A stretch of DNA of 64,000 nucleotides from Balanoglossus misakiensis (taxonomy: Eukaryota; Animalia; Hemichordata), in the NCBI GenBank assembly GCA_040954595.2, contig CM082597.2, positions 3,564,014 through 3,628,013 of the forward strand. Reading direction: 5' to 3'. Position numbers and translations under genes: made by a program. Of the stretch, positions 11,879-24,023 are shown piece after piece. The notes below the pieces were generated by a model. The model did not search any database and was not told where the DNA came from. It saw only the letters and a program-made list of their open reading frames with translations. Position 1 is the first letter of the stretch; each line of letters begins with the position of its first letter.

Positions 11879-14151
11879 CGACGTTAAATCTATCCGAAAC
11901 AGTAAAACACGTACAATGATCTCATGCTGGGTATATTTAAATTGTGGTTTGCGGTTGTCATAGCCTGGTCTCCATAACCAGTGTGTTATAGATAGACTCA
12001 ACGCACTGGAGACCAGCTGGCTATTTTGTCAGGGCTCCTGGGAACAACAGTTTGACAGGCCACACTAATATAAATTTGTAACAACAATCTTATCATGCTT
12101 GGGGGCTCCTGTGTGAAAACAAGAACTGTCTCGATATAATCTGCACCCGTGATATCAGACCCCGGTATCAGACTAAACAAAACACACCCGGTTTGCAGCA
12201 AGTTTTAACACACGGAGTCTTTGTCAACTGGTATGGACCCCCCCCCCCACGCCCCCACCAACCACCACCACACCCTCACATCATGATTAAATCTGCTTAG
12301 TTTCCCAGTAATTCTTATCTTATGAATCTGCGAATGGTTGTAATCCTGTCGTAAGGAGATGTCAATTCGTTACCGTTATTTGCCTGCAATTGAACTGTTG
12401 GTCAGGCGTGTTGGGTGGGGCACGCTAAAATATCAGACTGGGTCTAAAAACTGGCCGATAATGCCGTTGGCATGTAGCGAGCGTGCGTGCCCTTGATATC
12501 AATAAATTAAAGTTCATTCATTGACATTATATATCGCAGTGTGAAAGGTTTATGTACACCTATGACACGACAGACCCCTCTCCCCGTCTGCGCATGAGCA
12601 TCAACGCTGAAATTCGCATTTCGTAATCCAGTAGTGAAATAAGTTCGCACGATAACAGACTATCTGTCCAATTTGAGGCGAAAAACGCCGAAAAGTGTCA
12701 TAATATGATTTCAGGCAGGCGGTGTGGACTTACCCCGGCTACTGGGCGCGAAACGTCACAGCAATCGTCAGTCGAAAATCCGACAGTCTGCCGACCGACT
12801 TGACAAAAGGCTGAGTGTGATGGTGACGTTGTCGACGTATCGGCACTTATTAACTCGTCGGTAAACAGAGATCTGTTAACCGTTAACGGAATACAGTAAC
12901 TCTGCAAACCCCACGTCCCCGGGATAAGGTGGATTTTATAGTTACTAATTTCGTCAATCAATGCAACTTAGAGTGATTGAGAATAAATATTGGCGGTCAC
13001 TATCCAAGATTTTAAATGAGAAAAGGAAACTGAAATAAAATGGCCACCGGTTTATAAATTAAAATTATGAAGATTTGTATAAACCGCTACAAGAAGAGTG
13101 ATTTTCTTCATTGTGTACAAAAAAAGACTTTTCACACAGTTTATTATACTGAAAAAACGGATGACTATATAATTTTTCTGAAAATCTTGCCCCCATGTAC
13201 GCACAAATTTAAATCCTTCCAGCACTACAAGCTGTATTAATTTTGGAATGAAGCGCACACCAGTACATACAAACGTGCTCACCTAGACTATGTGCCAGTC
13301 TCGTGTGAAATTCCGACAGTGAAATTTCCACATATGTACGCTGGGGGCGATATAACATGGCTCTTTCAGATGTGAAGAATCTGGATTCATCTTAATTGAA
13401 AACGCCAACTGTTTTTATATACTAGTAGTTACCATTAATCAAATTTGACAGAGGTGGCGTTGTTATTTTTTTCTGCAAATACAACGTGCCTGGAAAGCAA
13501 AGTCACAAATCAAATATTTGCAAAACCCAGATGAAATTCTTTATGAGTACATGCCAAACTGTAAAACACAATCTGACAAGAGGAATTACACTCTGTGATA
13601 AGTGTTTAGTCGGTAAACATGAAGGTAGGTGATTTTGGAACCCAAAATTTGACGTGTGGTCGCCGCCTCTCACAACAGCCTTAGTTGGCGTGGACGATAA
13701 TATTAACATTAACATAAACTATAAATTCTATATTAAAAAAAATTATGAAAAATGTTCTTCTGATTATTGTTTAAACTTTATAATTTTCTGCTGATTTTTG
13801 TGTTTAAAATGTATACCTTTGGCGCATTCTTAATGCGTTGCACGTTTGACTCAGAGAAGTAAACAGATAAATAATCGAGAGTTTGTTTACATGTCATACT
13901 GTGACATCACGTTTTGCCTCTTAAACCGTAGACAGTCTATGCTAAAACTGGCTGCAGGCATATACACCCCTTCTGAGCACCATCTTTTAATTCTAAGACT
14001 CCTGGTACGGTAAACACAAGATTGCTAACTTAAATAAGTTTTTGCTACCTAGGTGAGCGATAAAAATCTAATATGGTCGACAATATTCAAGATGGCGGAT
14101 TTCATGATCCATTTTCGTTGAATATGTAATTTAAGGGATGTACTTGACGAC

Positions 14152-15304
14152 TCAGTCTTTCCTGTTGGCTAGCAGCAGGTCAAAAGTGGTCGTTTGAATT
14201 TCCTGGAGTTTTTCTTCTGCCGACAATTTCAGTGGCTCAAAATCAACCGTGCTGGTTGGCACATTCCCTGCCAGAGCCTGGTCAATCTGCGCTTTGGTAC
14301 GGCTGGCTAGGTAGAGGAATCCAACTTCGTTGCTGTGATGGTACAGTGTGTTGGCATCGCTGACACACTTAGAGACTTCGCTCAGGCTTGTGTTGATCTG
14401 TCTCTTTCGCGCCTCAAAGACCGACTGGCGCTTTTCGCGGACATTTTCTAGCTCCTTCAGCAATGTTGCCTTCTCGTTTTCTACGAACGCTAGGGTCTTC
14501 CGTAGCATCTCGGCAAGTTCTCCCAAACCTTTGCCGAGCATTACGCTTTCCTTGCCCAGTTTGTCCTGGTATGCTTTCTCTTTGGCGTCCAGCGCCGTCC
14601 TGGTCTGTCGCAAATCGCGTATCCGCGCCTTTCCCCCGTCAATTGTGTGTTGAAGCTGCGTGCGCCTCTTGCTCGTCGCTTCCTTCAGGAGTTCCAACTG
14701 GTGGCTCTGCCGTCTGTGCTTCTCGGTGGTGCACTGTTCGCAGGCGGGAACCTCGCAAGTGCCGCAGTAGTACGTTATCTGATTGCCTTCGTGGAGCGGG
14801 CAGACGACAGGCCTGTACACCTGCGACTGGACCAGGATTTTGTCCCGGTACTCATCGAGTGTCATCAGCTGGTGTTTTTTCGTCACCGGGATGTTCTTGT
14901 GTGTCTCGCTACAGTCAGCGCAGATGAGAATCCCGCAGTCAACACAGAAATTCTCGGCCTTCTTTTTCTTGCAGCAGCCACACAGGTGAACAGCAGATAC
15001 GTTACCTTCGTCTTTCTGCGCCGGCTTGGCAAATTCTATCAAGTCGTTCAAGATGGTGCAGTTGGGAAGGTCCTTTATACCGCCCTCTGCTGGCGGTAAC
15101 TGGTGCTCCCGCTTGCACATAGGGCAGGCGATTTTTTCTGGTTCGTCGCCGAAAGCTTTTTCTAGACACTTTTGACAGAAGGAGTGGTAGCAGGGCAGTA
15201 TCTTTGGGTTTTTGAAATGATCGAGGCATATGGAACACTCCAAGAAACGCCTGTTGAAATCCTCAATGGTCGGAGATGAGATCGACATATCTAATACAGA
15301 AAGT
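14152..15304 (-). CDS. TRIM-B RBCC exon: RING, B-box1, B-box2, coiled coil
   Basis: RING CSIC..PKILPCYHSFCQKC..CPMC, B-boxes CGCC..FCVDC and CPLH..YCGTC, coiled coil, stop at 14152. Acceptor cttgctttgcag| precedes 15304. Confidence 0.92.
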
Positions 15305-15520
15305 CTGCAAAGCAAGAAGACAACCAAATGCTATCAGATCAATAACAAGACCTACTAGATATAGTCTGACATATCTCCAACAAACCCGTGGTCGCCACAA
15401 AGTGGTCAACTCCGTAGCGAACGCTTAACTAATTTACATATCCCTAGTTAAACTTGCATGACAGTGATTTAGGGATTCGTGGTTCTAACTTCAGAAAAAT
15501 TGTAACTTCCCTAAGTATAC

Positions 15521-15741
15521 AATAGACCATTTTCTGACCCCTGCGAGACGCTGCGAGATCTCGCGTGGTTAGGCAGTTTATACGTAAGGACATTCTCATG
15601 TGACACAGGACAACACGGCACACAAGTTACAAACTCGTTTCACAGGAAGAAGCTTGACTTGTGTATTACTTGGCAACCTGTTGCTACGGAAATTAACCAA
15701 GTCTCGCGAGATCATCTGTTGCATGTGGACTTTTGTCTATT
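15521..15741. mobile_element. Dispersed repeat / putative MITE
   Basis: An inverted copy lies at about 35450-35684 (shared ggacattctcatgtgacacaggacaa, gcgagatc, aatagaccatttt). Confidence 0.55.
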
Positions 15742-15814
15742 GGCGTCTCTGCTGCCGTTTTCGACAAATTTGAGACAATAGCGACACCAAACGAATAGTA
15801 ATGATTTCACTCAC

Positions 15815-16173
15815 GCGACACTCGCTCTCACTTGAGGAACAGAAAGTTTGGCAGCCATATTGGCTGAACTGTCGGCCAGCTCAGTCAAACCATCTCGATC
15901 TGCGTCGCCTGCGCCCTCTGCTGGTAACTGAGGGACGGGTATGGCGTAGGTCTCCTGGTCTCTGGCAGCGTCATCGAGTTCGGTGTAAATATCTTCTTCG
16001 TCTACGTCGTCATACTGCGCGTTATCATGGTCCTCCGCCATGACAACACGTCTGGCCGGTGCGTAGGGGTGGATGTCGTCTGCTTCCGGATTTCTGGCGT
16101 TTCTTTGGATGCAGGGGAGATTCAGATTCCTACACGGATCGCAGTCGGATTTCAGCGATACCACACAGCCCAT
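15815..16173 (-). CDS. TRIM-B first coding exon: MGCVVS lipidation motif plus Tyr-motif tail
   Basis: Acceptor ttatctttcag| at 16192, ATG at 16173, donor GC|GTGAGT at 15814 (phase 2) matching the phase-2 acceptor at 15305 (GC+A CTT TCT GTA TTA GAT ATG). The joined CDS is 1512 nt (503 aa). Confidence 0.72.
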
Positions 16174-16650
16174 AATATTCAACAGAGAGTTCTGAAAGAT
16201 AATGTGAAGAAATATGTCATCAGACATTTTAAATTGCTAATTACATTACTTTGAGATGAAATTTCAAAAACATGACTTTTTTACGTTTTGGCAAACATTA
16301 TAGAATGGTTTATAGACAAGATCGCTTATTCCAAGATCTGTTGACAGCTTATTCATACTATCCCAGATTCCAAGGAGCGACTTTGTCCCTTACCACTGCT
16401 CGGCTACACGTGCGTGGCCTATAAATTAGGTTATATCTGACGTTCGGTAAATAAAGTTTGACGTCATGCCGTTTCAATAGTAGCAATTGGTGGTTACTGA
16501 ACCCTGAAACAACGCGCTGGGATTTTCTCGCGTTGAAATTACACCATCTATCTCTCTATCTCTCCGGCAAGTTTATTAATTTATTCGTTCCACCTTTCAA
16601 GTTATCATTCAGACTTCGAACTTCTGGTTTCCCTGACAACTCTCAGTTAA

Positions 16651-16734
16651 CCCTTTCACCACTATGGTTTGGTCCAAATCCACTGTTTTCTATGGTAGAG
16701 TTGGATCTCTATAGAGGGAACTGGGGTGACAGGG
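16651..16734. mobile_element. piggyBac-like MITE, about 85 bp
   Basis: TTAA-CCCTTTCACC...GGTGACAGGG-TTAA. Same family in opposite orientation at 40094-40178 and partial at about 44267-44338. Confidence 0.7.
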
Positions 16735-17086
16735 TTAATATGCCGACCCAATCAATGACTTCCTTGTATGGGTGCAACCTCACCATGGACTGTGCTGCCA
16801 TGGACTCTGCATAAAACTTTGATGCTGGTCGGGTGAATTAAGTCTATATGTGGGCCGGTACGACAGGAGTGCCAACAGTGTTTATTTTGACAATATTCAC
16901 GATATTATTATAGCGTTTCCTGTGATTTAATCCGAGTGGTTTACCAGGAGATCCAGTGTCAAACGTTCAACAGCCGTTGAAAAGAGAACTTTCAATATTT
17001 ATGACTCTGATACACAATACACAACGAAGGGTCGCAGAGAATTCTTGGTTAATACCGATATATGACGAGGCGGGGCAGTGTGTTGC

Positions 17087-17193
17087 CTCTCTCTCTCTCT
17101 CTGTATATCTGTGTGTGTCTCTCTTGCTCTGTCTGTCTCTGTCCCTCTCGCTTTCTCCCTGTCTGTCTGTCTGTCTGTCTCCCCTCTCTCTCT
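17087..17193. repeat. (CT)n/(GTCT)n microsatellite
   Basis: Direct inspection. Confidence 0.85.
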
Positions 17194-17673
17194 GACAATA
17201 TGTATACATCATGCCACAAACAGTCAAATCCAACAGGTTGTTTAAAAGTTCCAACATTTTGAATACTCACCGACCTTCGGTGTTTGATGCAATGCACCTA
17301 TAAACCAGGTGTCCCACATCTGCAGCTAAACTAAGCTATTGCTCGCTTTACTACTTCCTCAATTAAATAACTCCAGCTAAGTCAATGGAACGGGCTTGGT
17401 AATTGGTGGAATGAGGTCGGCCGGTCAACTGTCGACCTGTCATATCGCACGTCTTTGCTTTGGCTGAGTGTCTACACCGTGCACTATGTACTATGTGAAT
17501 TATTGACACTTCAGAATTTCCTGTGTTCACGGTATTTCTGTGTATTGGTCATGTACACAGAGTACATATGTAAGTAGGGCGTGTGCTGACCTCCACTGAC
17601 CCCCGTACGGTGGAAATAATGACGCCCACTACATATACGGTCGACAGTTAACGTACCTAACAGCGCCGCCAAC

Positions 17674-17716
17674 GAAAACGAAAGAAAAGCGGAAGTGACG
17701 TCGCGAATAATGGCGG
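17674..17716. promoter_or_regulatory. CpG-rich promoter motif cluster between divergent TRIM-B and LDLa-CAP genes
   Basis: GAAAACGAAA (IRF-like), GCGGAAGTGACGTC (ETS-CRE composite), TCGCGA and AATGGCGG (YY1-like) lie within about 45 bp. Confidence 0.55.
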
Positions 17717-18408
17717 TCTGTGAATCGTATTCGTGTTAGTTGACAGACAAGTCTGATATTGTAAAACACCCATCGTTACTTCACAAATTAAATTACTTCA
17801 CTGTTAGTGGTAACAGAACCGACACCATTTTGTAAGCAGAAGCAACATTTGTTGCACATAAGCTGCCCATGTGCAGTTCAGACTACCCTCCTCTTTAAAT
17901 ACTGTTTGCTGACGATGGATCGTGGAGGAAAGTATTGACAATCATACGTGCAGACGAGTCACATTTTTTCTTGCCACACCAACCCGTACAATTCAGATAT
18001 TGTAATGAATCAACAGCTAAATGGAGTGGAGTGCAATTAGCAATGCTAAATATACACGCTGATACTATGGAGTGACCATATGGTTTGCATGCATACGAAT
18101 ACTTAATGACAGCGGCAGTTCCAGAAAACAAAGGGATGTATTTTGGAGAATATTTTCGACAGATTCGATTCAATTTCTCAATGAAAGATTTTACCATAAT
18201 TGCGTATTACTCTTCAAGGATATTTTTGCAGATAAAGAATTTAATAATTAGATTTTTTTGTAAACATCGAAACTGTCCACAAGACCCTTTCTGTACATTA
18301 GATTTACCCATTCCCATTATGGTCCGGCCTGGTCACAGTATGGTCAGGCGTTGCCCAGCTCAACGACCATCTGTATGCATCAACGCATATCACTCGCCCT
18401 CCAACACC

Positions 18409-20509
18409 ATGAAGATATGGATGTCTCTCTTGGCATTGATCAGTCTTGTATCTGACGTCGCCCTCCAAAAGGTAATTTTTTATTTACAAATTTGCGAGAA
18501 TTCACCGTCTACACAGTCAGATATTAGGGTGACATTATTTCACAATCAAGAGCATATACCCGTAGAGTATGACGTAAGTAAAATCATGCATTGCTGACAA
18601 CGAGTAAATGGCAGGTTTACTGAACGTCATTCTTGGCTTTCCAAGGCAAATGTGTGCCCAGGTTTTCCTAGTAACCGTGGTGAAATCAAATTTAACTTTT
18701 CAGGATGAGGGGAACGCGACAACATTTCCAAATATATTGGGCGTCGAGGAAAGCAGTGAGTGTATAGATTTCTACGGTGATGACTATCCATACCGGTGTA
18801 AAAGCAGCGCTCTGTGTTTGTTTTGTCCCCACAAAAACATCGAGAGCATGCGCTGTCAAATTTGTGACGGAAAAAAGGAATGTCCGGAGGGAGAAGACGA
18901 AGAAGGCTGTCCCAGTAAGTAACCCGCTGTTACATTTACTACCAGTTCAAAGGGGCTGTGGTATACAAGGTGAATGGATGCGACCAAAAACTCAGATAGT
19001 TTCGTACAAAACAAAAAATTAAAATATGAAACTAATATATGACAGAACATTTGGCCAAATTTAAAAATAACATGAATAACGAACTATTGCCATTTAATGT
19101 GAATTATAAATATCTACATGCCATCTTCGTGCCATCTGTCATATCATATTAATGTTCGTCACTAACCCGATAAAATATGAATAATCTTGGGAAACTAAGG
19201 TCATTCGCAACTTGTATGTTTTAAACATATACATGTATATGTAGATATAGACAAGAGCGTTTATCCGTGTAGAATAGAGATTATCTCTCAAACATGGCCA
19301 TCACTTGAACAGTTGTCGAACTGATCACCACATACATGACCCCAACCCCCGTAGCACCACAATTATTTAATTTTTTGTTTGAATTGTTTTGTTACGTATG
19401 CTACAGTCCATGACAGACCGTATCTAAATTCGGTCTGCGCCGCTGACTACCCCTATAGTTGTGCAACAGCGGGATCAACCAACGTTATCCAGTGCCTGAA
19501 GGGCACGCAGATCTGTGATGGCTTGTGGCATTGCAGTGACGGAAGTGACGAAAATGGATGCGGTGAGTAAAGACGGCACAAACTAACACCGGAAGTTGGC
19601 CACTGCGTCACAGTCAAAACGGAGAATGAAGTCGAGCATAATAAAATGGTGTTTACAATTACATGTACAATTGTTACCTTTTGGGATGGCTGTAAAGCGG
19701 AACATACTGCATCTCGCTTCATTTCTGTAGACACGTCAGGGTTGCGGACAAACAGTACAGGCCCGGGTAAATGAAAACTGTGTCAAGCGTCTATGTCGCA
19801 CGTCCCGCCAGTTGCACACTAGTCTCGGTTACCCAAGCTCCTATGCTTCTTCGGTCTGGGTAACCGAGACTAGTTGCACACCTGTCCCAAATTGACCAAT
19901 CACAATGACTGTGGCCTGACTGTTCCAAGCGTGCAGAAAGTAACTGACCAATCACAGACGTTTTCATGTGTTTATGGAGTACATGGATCTAAGCATCACA
20001 AGGGTTAATATGTTTGCGAATTATTGTTATGATATTGAAATACATCACAAGCATCTCGCGTTTTCTCGCCAGATTACAGCGTGTACTATGGGGACAAAGG
20101 AGGGCGCTGCCGGGTGCCCGATCAAAGAAGACTTGGCGATGCCAGCGTTTACATGCTCAACAAACAAATAGTGGAGGCACACAACTACTTCCGGTGTCTG
20201 CACGGGTCGCCGGAAATGACGGAATCCGATTCGACCAAAGTTAAGGCGACATTAGCGTCGGAAAATAGCGCCACAGCTGGTCAACTAACGCACACTTACG
20301 GCGGAGAAAATTTGGCATGGATTACCAATGACATTAAAGATGCCACAGGTATGTAACTATGTATGTATGTATGTATGTATGTATGTATGTACATGTATGT
20401 ATGTATGTATGTATGTATGTATGTATGTATGTATGTATGTATGTATGTATGTATGTATGTATGTATGTATGTGTGTGTGTGTCTGTCTGTCTGTGTGTCT
20501 GTCTGTGTG

Positions 20510-20577
<68 letters not shown>

Positions 20578-20994
20578 AGAATAGTTCTAAAATATCTTTA
20601 TTCTAATACTTCATCTTTTTTGTAGGCTTTGGCATTACTAAACTATGGTATGATGAGATAACCGGTTATAATTTTAGCAATCCATCCCAAAGCAAAGGCA
20701 TAACAGGTATTGTCTTCCCTTTTATTATCACATGATTTCGAGCATTAATTTTAATTATTATATGTGCTCTGCATTTTCACCAATTAAAATTACATCAATT
20801 GGTGTTACTTATTTGTTTATTTTTCTGTTTGTCTCTCCGTTACAGTAAATTTCAGTCAAGTTGTCTGGAAATCCAGCAGACGGCTGGGATGTTCCTACAC
20901 ACGGGATTCGAACGGGGGGTATCACATCGCGTGCGAGTACGAACCGCCCGGCAACATTGACGGCCAATACAAGGACAATGTGGCACCCCCGTGA
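18409..20994 (+). CDS. Secreted protein with 2 LDL-receptor class A repeats and a CAP/SCP/PR-1 (GLIPR2-like) domain (about 311 aa)
   Basis: Exons 18409-18471, 18704-18914, 19407-19562, 20073-20348, 20626-20706, 20846-20994 (936 nt, in phase). Signal MKIWMSLLALISLVS; LDLa motifs ICDGKKECPEGEDEEGC and ICDGLWHCSDGSDENGC. CAP motifs HNYFRCLHG, GENLAW, WYDEI..Y, FSQVVWKSS..LGC and CEYEPPGN. Confidence 0.88.
19820..19872. mobile_element. 53-bp MITE with 16-bp perfect TIRs and a 9-bp direct repeat
   Basis: tagtctcggttaccca...tgggtaaccgagacta flanked by GTTGCACAC at 19811-19819 and 19873-19881. Confidence 0.75.
20358..20576. repeat. Compound microsatellite (TATG)n(TG/TCTG)n(TATC)n
   Basis: Direct inspection; fills most of an intron of the CAP gene. 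Confidence 0.95.
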
Positions 20995-23909
20995 AAGGGG
21001 ATCACGTGACTTACCAACAGATTTTTTTTTCGGTGGGGGGGGGGGGTGACACCAGGAGAATATGTGGGCAAGTCTACAGCAGACCCAATGAATAATAAAA
21101 TGCAAGGTCCTATCATAAAAACTCTGGATTTTCTGCTGTGGTGAACGACGACAAGCAGTGCATGCTTCAGTATATATCGCGCCTTGTATTGTATTCGTTT
21201 TAAATCTAGAAAGATTGAAAATTCTCTTGCATTATGCTTATACTGTTGTTAACAATAACATGATAAGATGTGCTTTTCTGTACTTAATGTTGCGTCGCAC
21301 TTTGACAAAACTTATAAGTCAGCTGATTAAGTCTATTTCGTGGAAGAGTTAAATCATATTGCAATAATTTGCATCATGAGAAAAGTCGACAACTCAAGAC
21401 TTTGAAGAAGGTAAATTATATCAGATCTAACCGTCTATGGTATAATGCCCTCAACGGCCCAATGAAAAGACATTTTGTACTACTTTCCTTTTCTCATTTA
21501 CTTGTCGCATTGTCAATTTTAATTATCACTGTAAATAAAATTACCTACGTGTGATTAGATTAAAGCAATGAATAGCACGCCACCTGTGATCGCCCTGAAT
21601 TATCCTGTCGATATGGCAACGCCCTCTCGAGTCAGAAATCACCTGTCTGATCCACTGACTGGGCATGGACTCTACCTGGTCGGAACTATTGCGACGTCAT
21701 GGGGGAGGTAATGGTCAGAGGGGGGGGGGGGGCGCTCAAAACCTAAATTTACAACCCCTATCACTAATATACACATAGAAGAAATATTCACTACAACACA
21801 ACCTTCTTGGGCGTTGCCGGATTCTCTGCGCGTGAAACTACATCACGTAGTTCACTACCACGGGGCATGGCCTCTAAACACGTCCTCGACACAGCTGTAA
21901 CCTTATTAACCCGCTCACAGTAAACTTGTCTCCCGCTAAATTAAGTCAGCGCTACATTTTTCTTTGTCGAGTAACTTCCATGGATATGCAATGTGCTCAT
22001 TTTTGATCAAATTATACCAATTGTTGTTCATAATGTACTTTTATCAAGATAATCGGACAGCGGAGGGTTAATTTACATTGATTTCTCGCAGATAACCTTT
22101 GATTTGTCAGGATCCGTGTGACATTCTGTTTGGCGACTCTCTCGGAGAGAGAGAGAGTTTCTTATACTCTTTCATAGTTTTCATGTCAGGTTGGTTAAAG
22201 TATTACTGCATTACACCTGCAGTCGAAGTCAACAGGAAAGTGTACCAGTCGAAATTGGAAAATTGAGATATTAACCTCTTTGACAGAAAGCAATCCAGCA
22301 ATCCACGGCTACCAATGTTCAGAGATCAGAACTTGTCAAATGGTTTGGTGCGTCACGCCTCAACCCTTGAGACCTTTCCCTTTGGTGACAGAGTTGATCG
22401 GGGCAAAAAAAATTAATATTTCATGTATACTGCATGAATAATACACAATCTGTTATAAACACGATTGCTTATTTTTGGCATACATTTCTCGTTATCGTCA
22501 ACTACCTGGCTTTATCTTGCGTATAACGCTGTCGCTTCATTTTCACCGAACGCGTGTATGCGCATTATCGGGAAAGCCACGAAGTTGAACCTTTGAATAA
22601 TTCGATTCAGCCACGGCCCGGCCATTGTTATACTGTCATTCACAAGGAATGCAAGTTTAGGGTGTTAATTATAGGTTTAACAGTTAGCGCAAAGGAGGTT
22701 ATTTCGTAATTCACTGCTTTTGCCGTCAGCGGTTTTGCTCAGGTCGTATTCTTGTTGTCATTCACGGAGTCCCGACGTGCTAACGTCATTTCCACTGGTT
22801 GGAAATCATCTATAGTGACAACTGGTTTGACATTTGCCTTCGAACGCTAGGGACACACCTGGGCCTCCAAGCGCAATAAAATTTCAACAAACCGACAAAA
22901 AGTCATATATTTACAATCGCGGTATGCGTTTCGTTACCAAAAGGTTTAGTGCAGATAGATGCACACCCCCCCCCCCTAAAAAAGGACTTGTCAACACCCT
23001 TAGGAAGTCAACAACACGACCCTTGCCACACCGGTTAAACATGGCGATTGCTTGGTTTAATACAATATTTCTTTTCTATCTGCGGTTTCTATACGCACAC
23101 AGACCAGGTTGACCCTCCATGGTTGAACACACATAACATTTGTAAACATTGCTTCTCAACGAGCAATACGAATCCTGCAAAGTTAATTATTGTCCTGTAT
23201 CAAACCGAAACGAAGTGCGCGACCTGAAAGTTCACTGTCCTGTTGCGATATTTTACGGTGTGCTCACGACAGGACGCCGCGAGAACGGGGTATAGACGCG
23301 TCCGTCGTAAAACATGTCTGTATTTGAAGAATACTCGCGTCCCCATATATGTCAATAACGGCCGATATGTGGGTATTAGACCCATTGTGGAAATGGCGTT
23401 CCATAGTTGCCCAGGTATGTGCATGGCTGTTTGTGGCCTTCAGCTGCTGCGTTAAAAATTAATAGTTGGTAAAAAGGGGCCTCTGGGTTGCTGATTATGA
23501 TGCCGACGAATGGCGGACGTGTGGGAAGTGTTGACGATAATGGAATATGTGTTTTAAAGTTTTTATGACTACTTTTTACATTTAGCGTAGATTTTTTAAC
23601 CTAGTTTGAAATTAAAATCGCCAATTTTAAGCTGATTAGTCTGAGCAAAATGCGATTCACGTATTTCTTGGGCTCAACTTGAGTTCACGGTCTATACTAG
23701 TTATACATTTGCACTTTGAATCGTCTCAAAGATTGTTTTTGTGTTGTGGCCAGGTCGTTTCTGCATAGACAGTAGAGGGGAGTTTCTGTGACTCGCTATC
23801 TCGGCTCTTTCAACTGTGGGCGCACTTTGCGTGGTTGGGGGAATTTTACCGATAATGCCAGATGATTGTACAAGCAGATAGAACTATGAATCAACCACAA
23901 GCCAGGTAG

Positions 23910-23915
23910 TATAAA
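23910..23915 (+). promoter_or_regulatory. Putative TATA box of the NCAM-like gene
   Basis: TATAAA about 110 nt upstream of the ATG at 24024, in a CpG-rich context. Confidence 0.5.
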
Positions 23916-24023
23916 TACGACGCGCGCTAGGGGGTCTTATACGCTATAGCCGTTCATTTTTTACGTTTCACTACCTGCCTCTAGCCGTGACTGTGTGAAC
24001 CGGGCGACAATTCTGCTGTAGAA

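Noticed and set aside
20328-20625. MYVC/YLSI repeat ORFs (also at 33523, 37423 and 56120)
   Set aside because: Translations of microsatellites.
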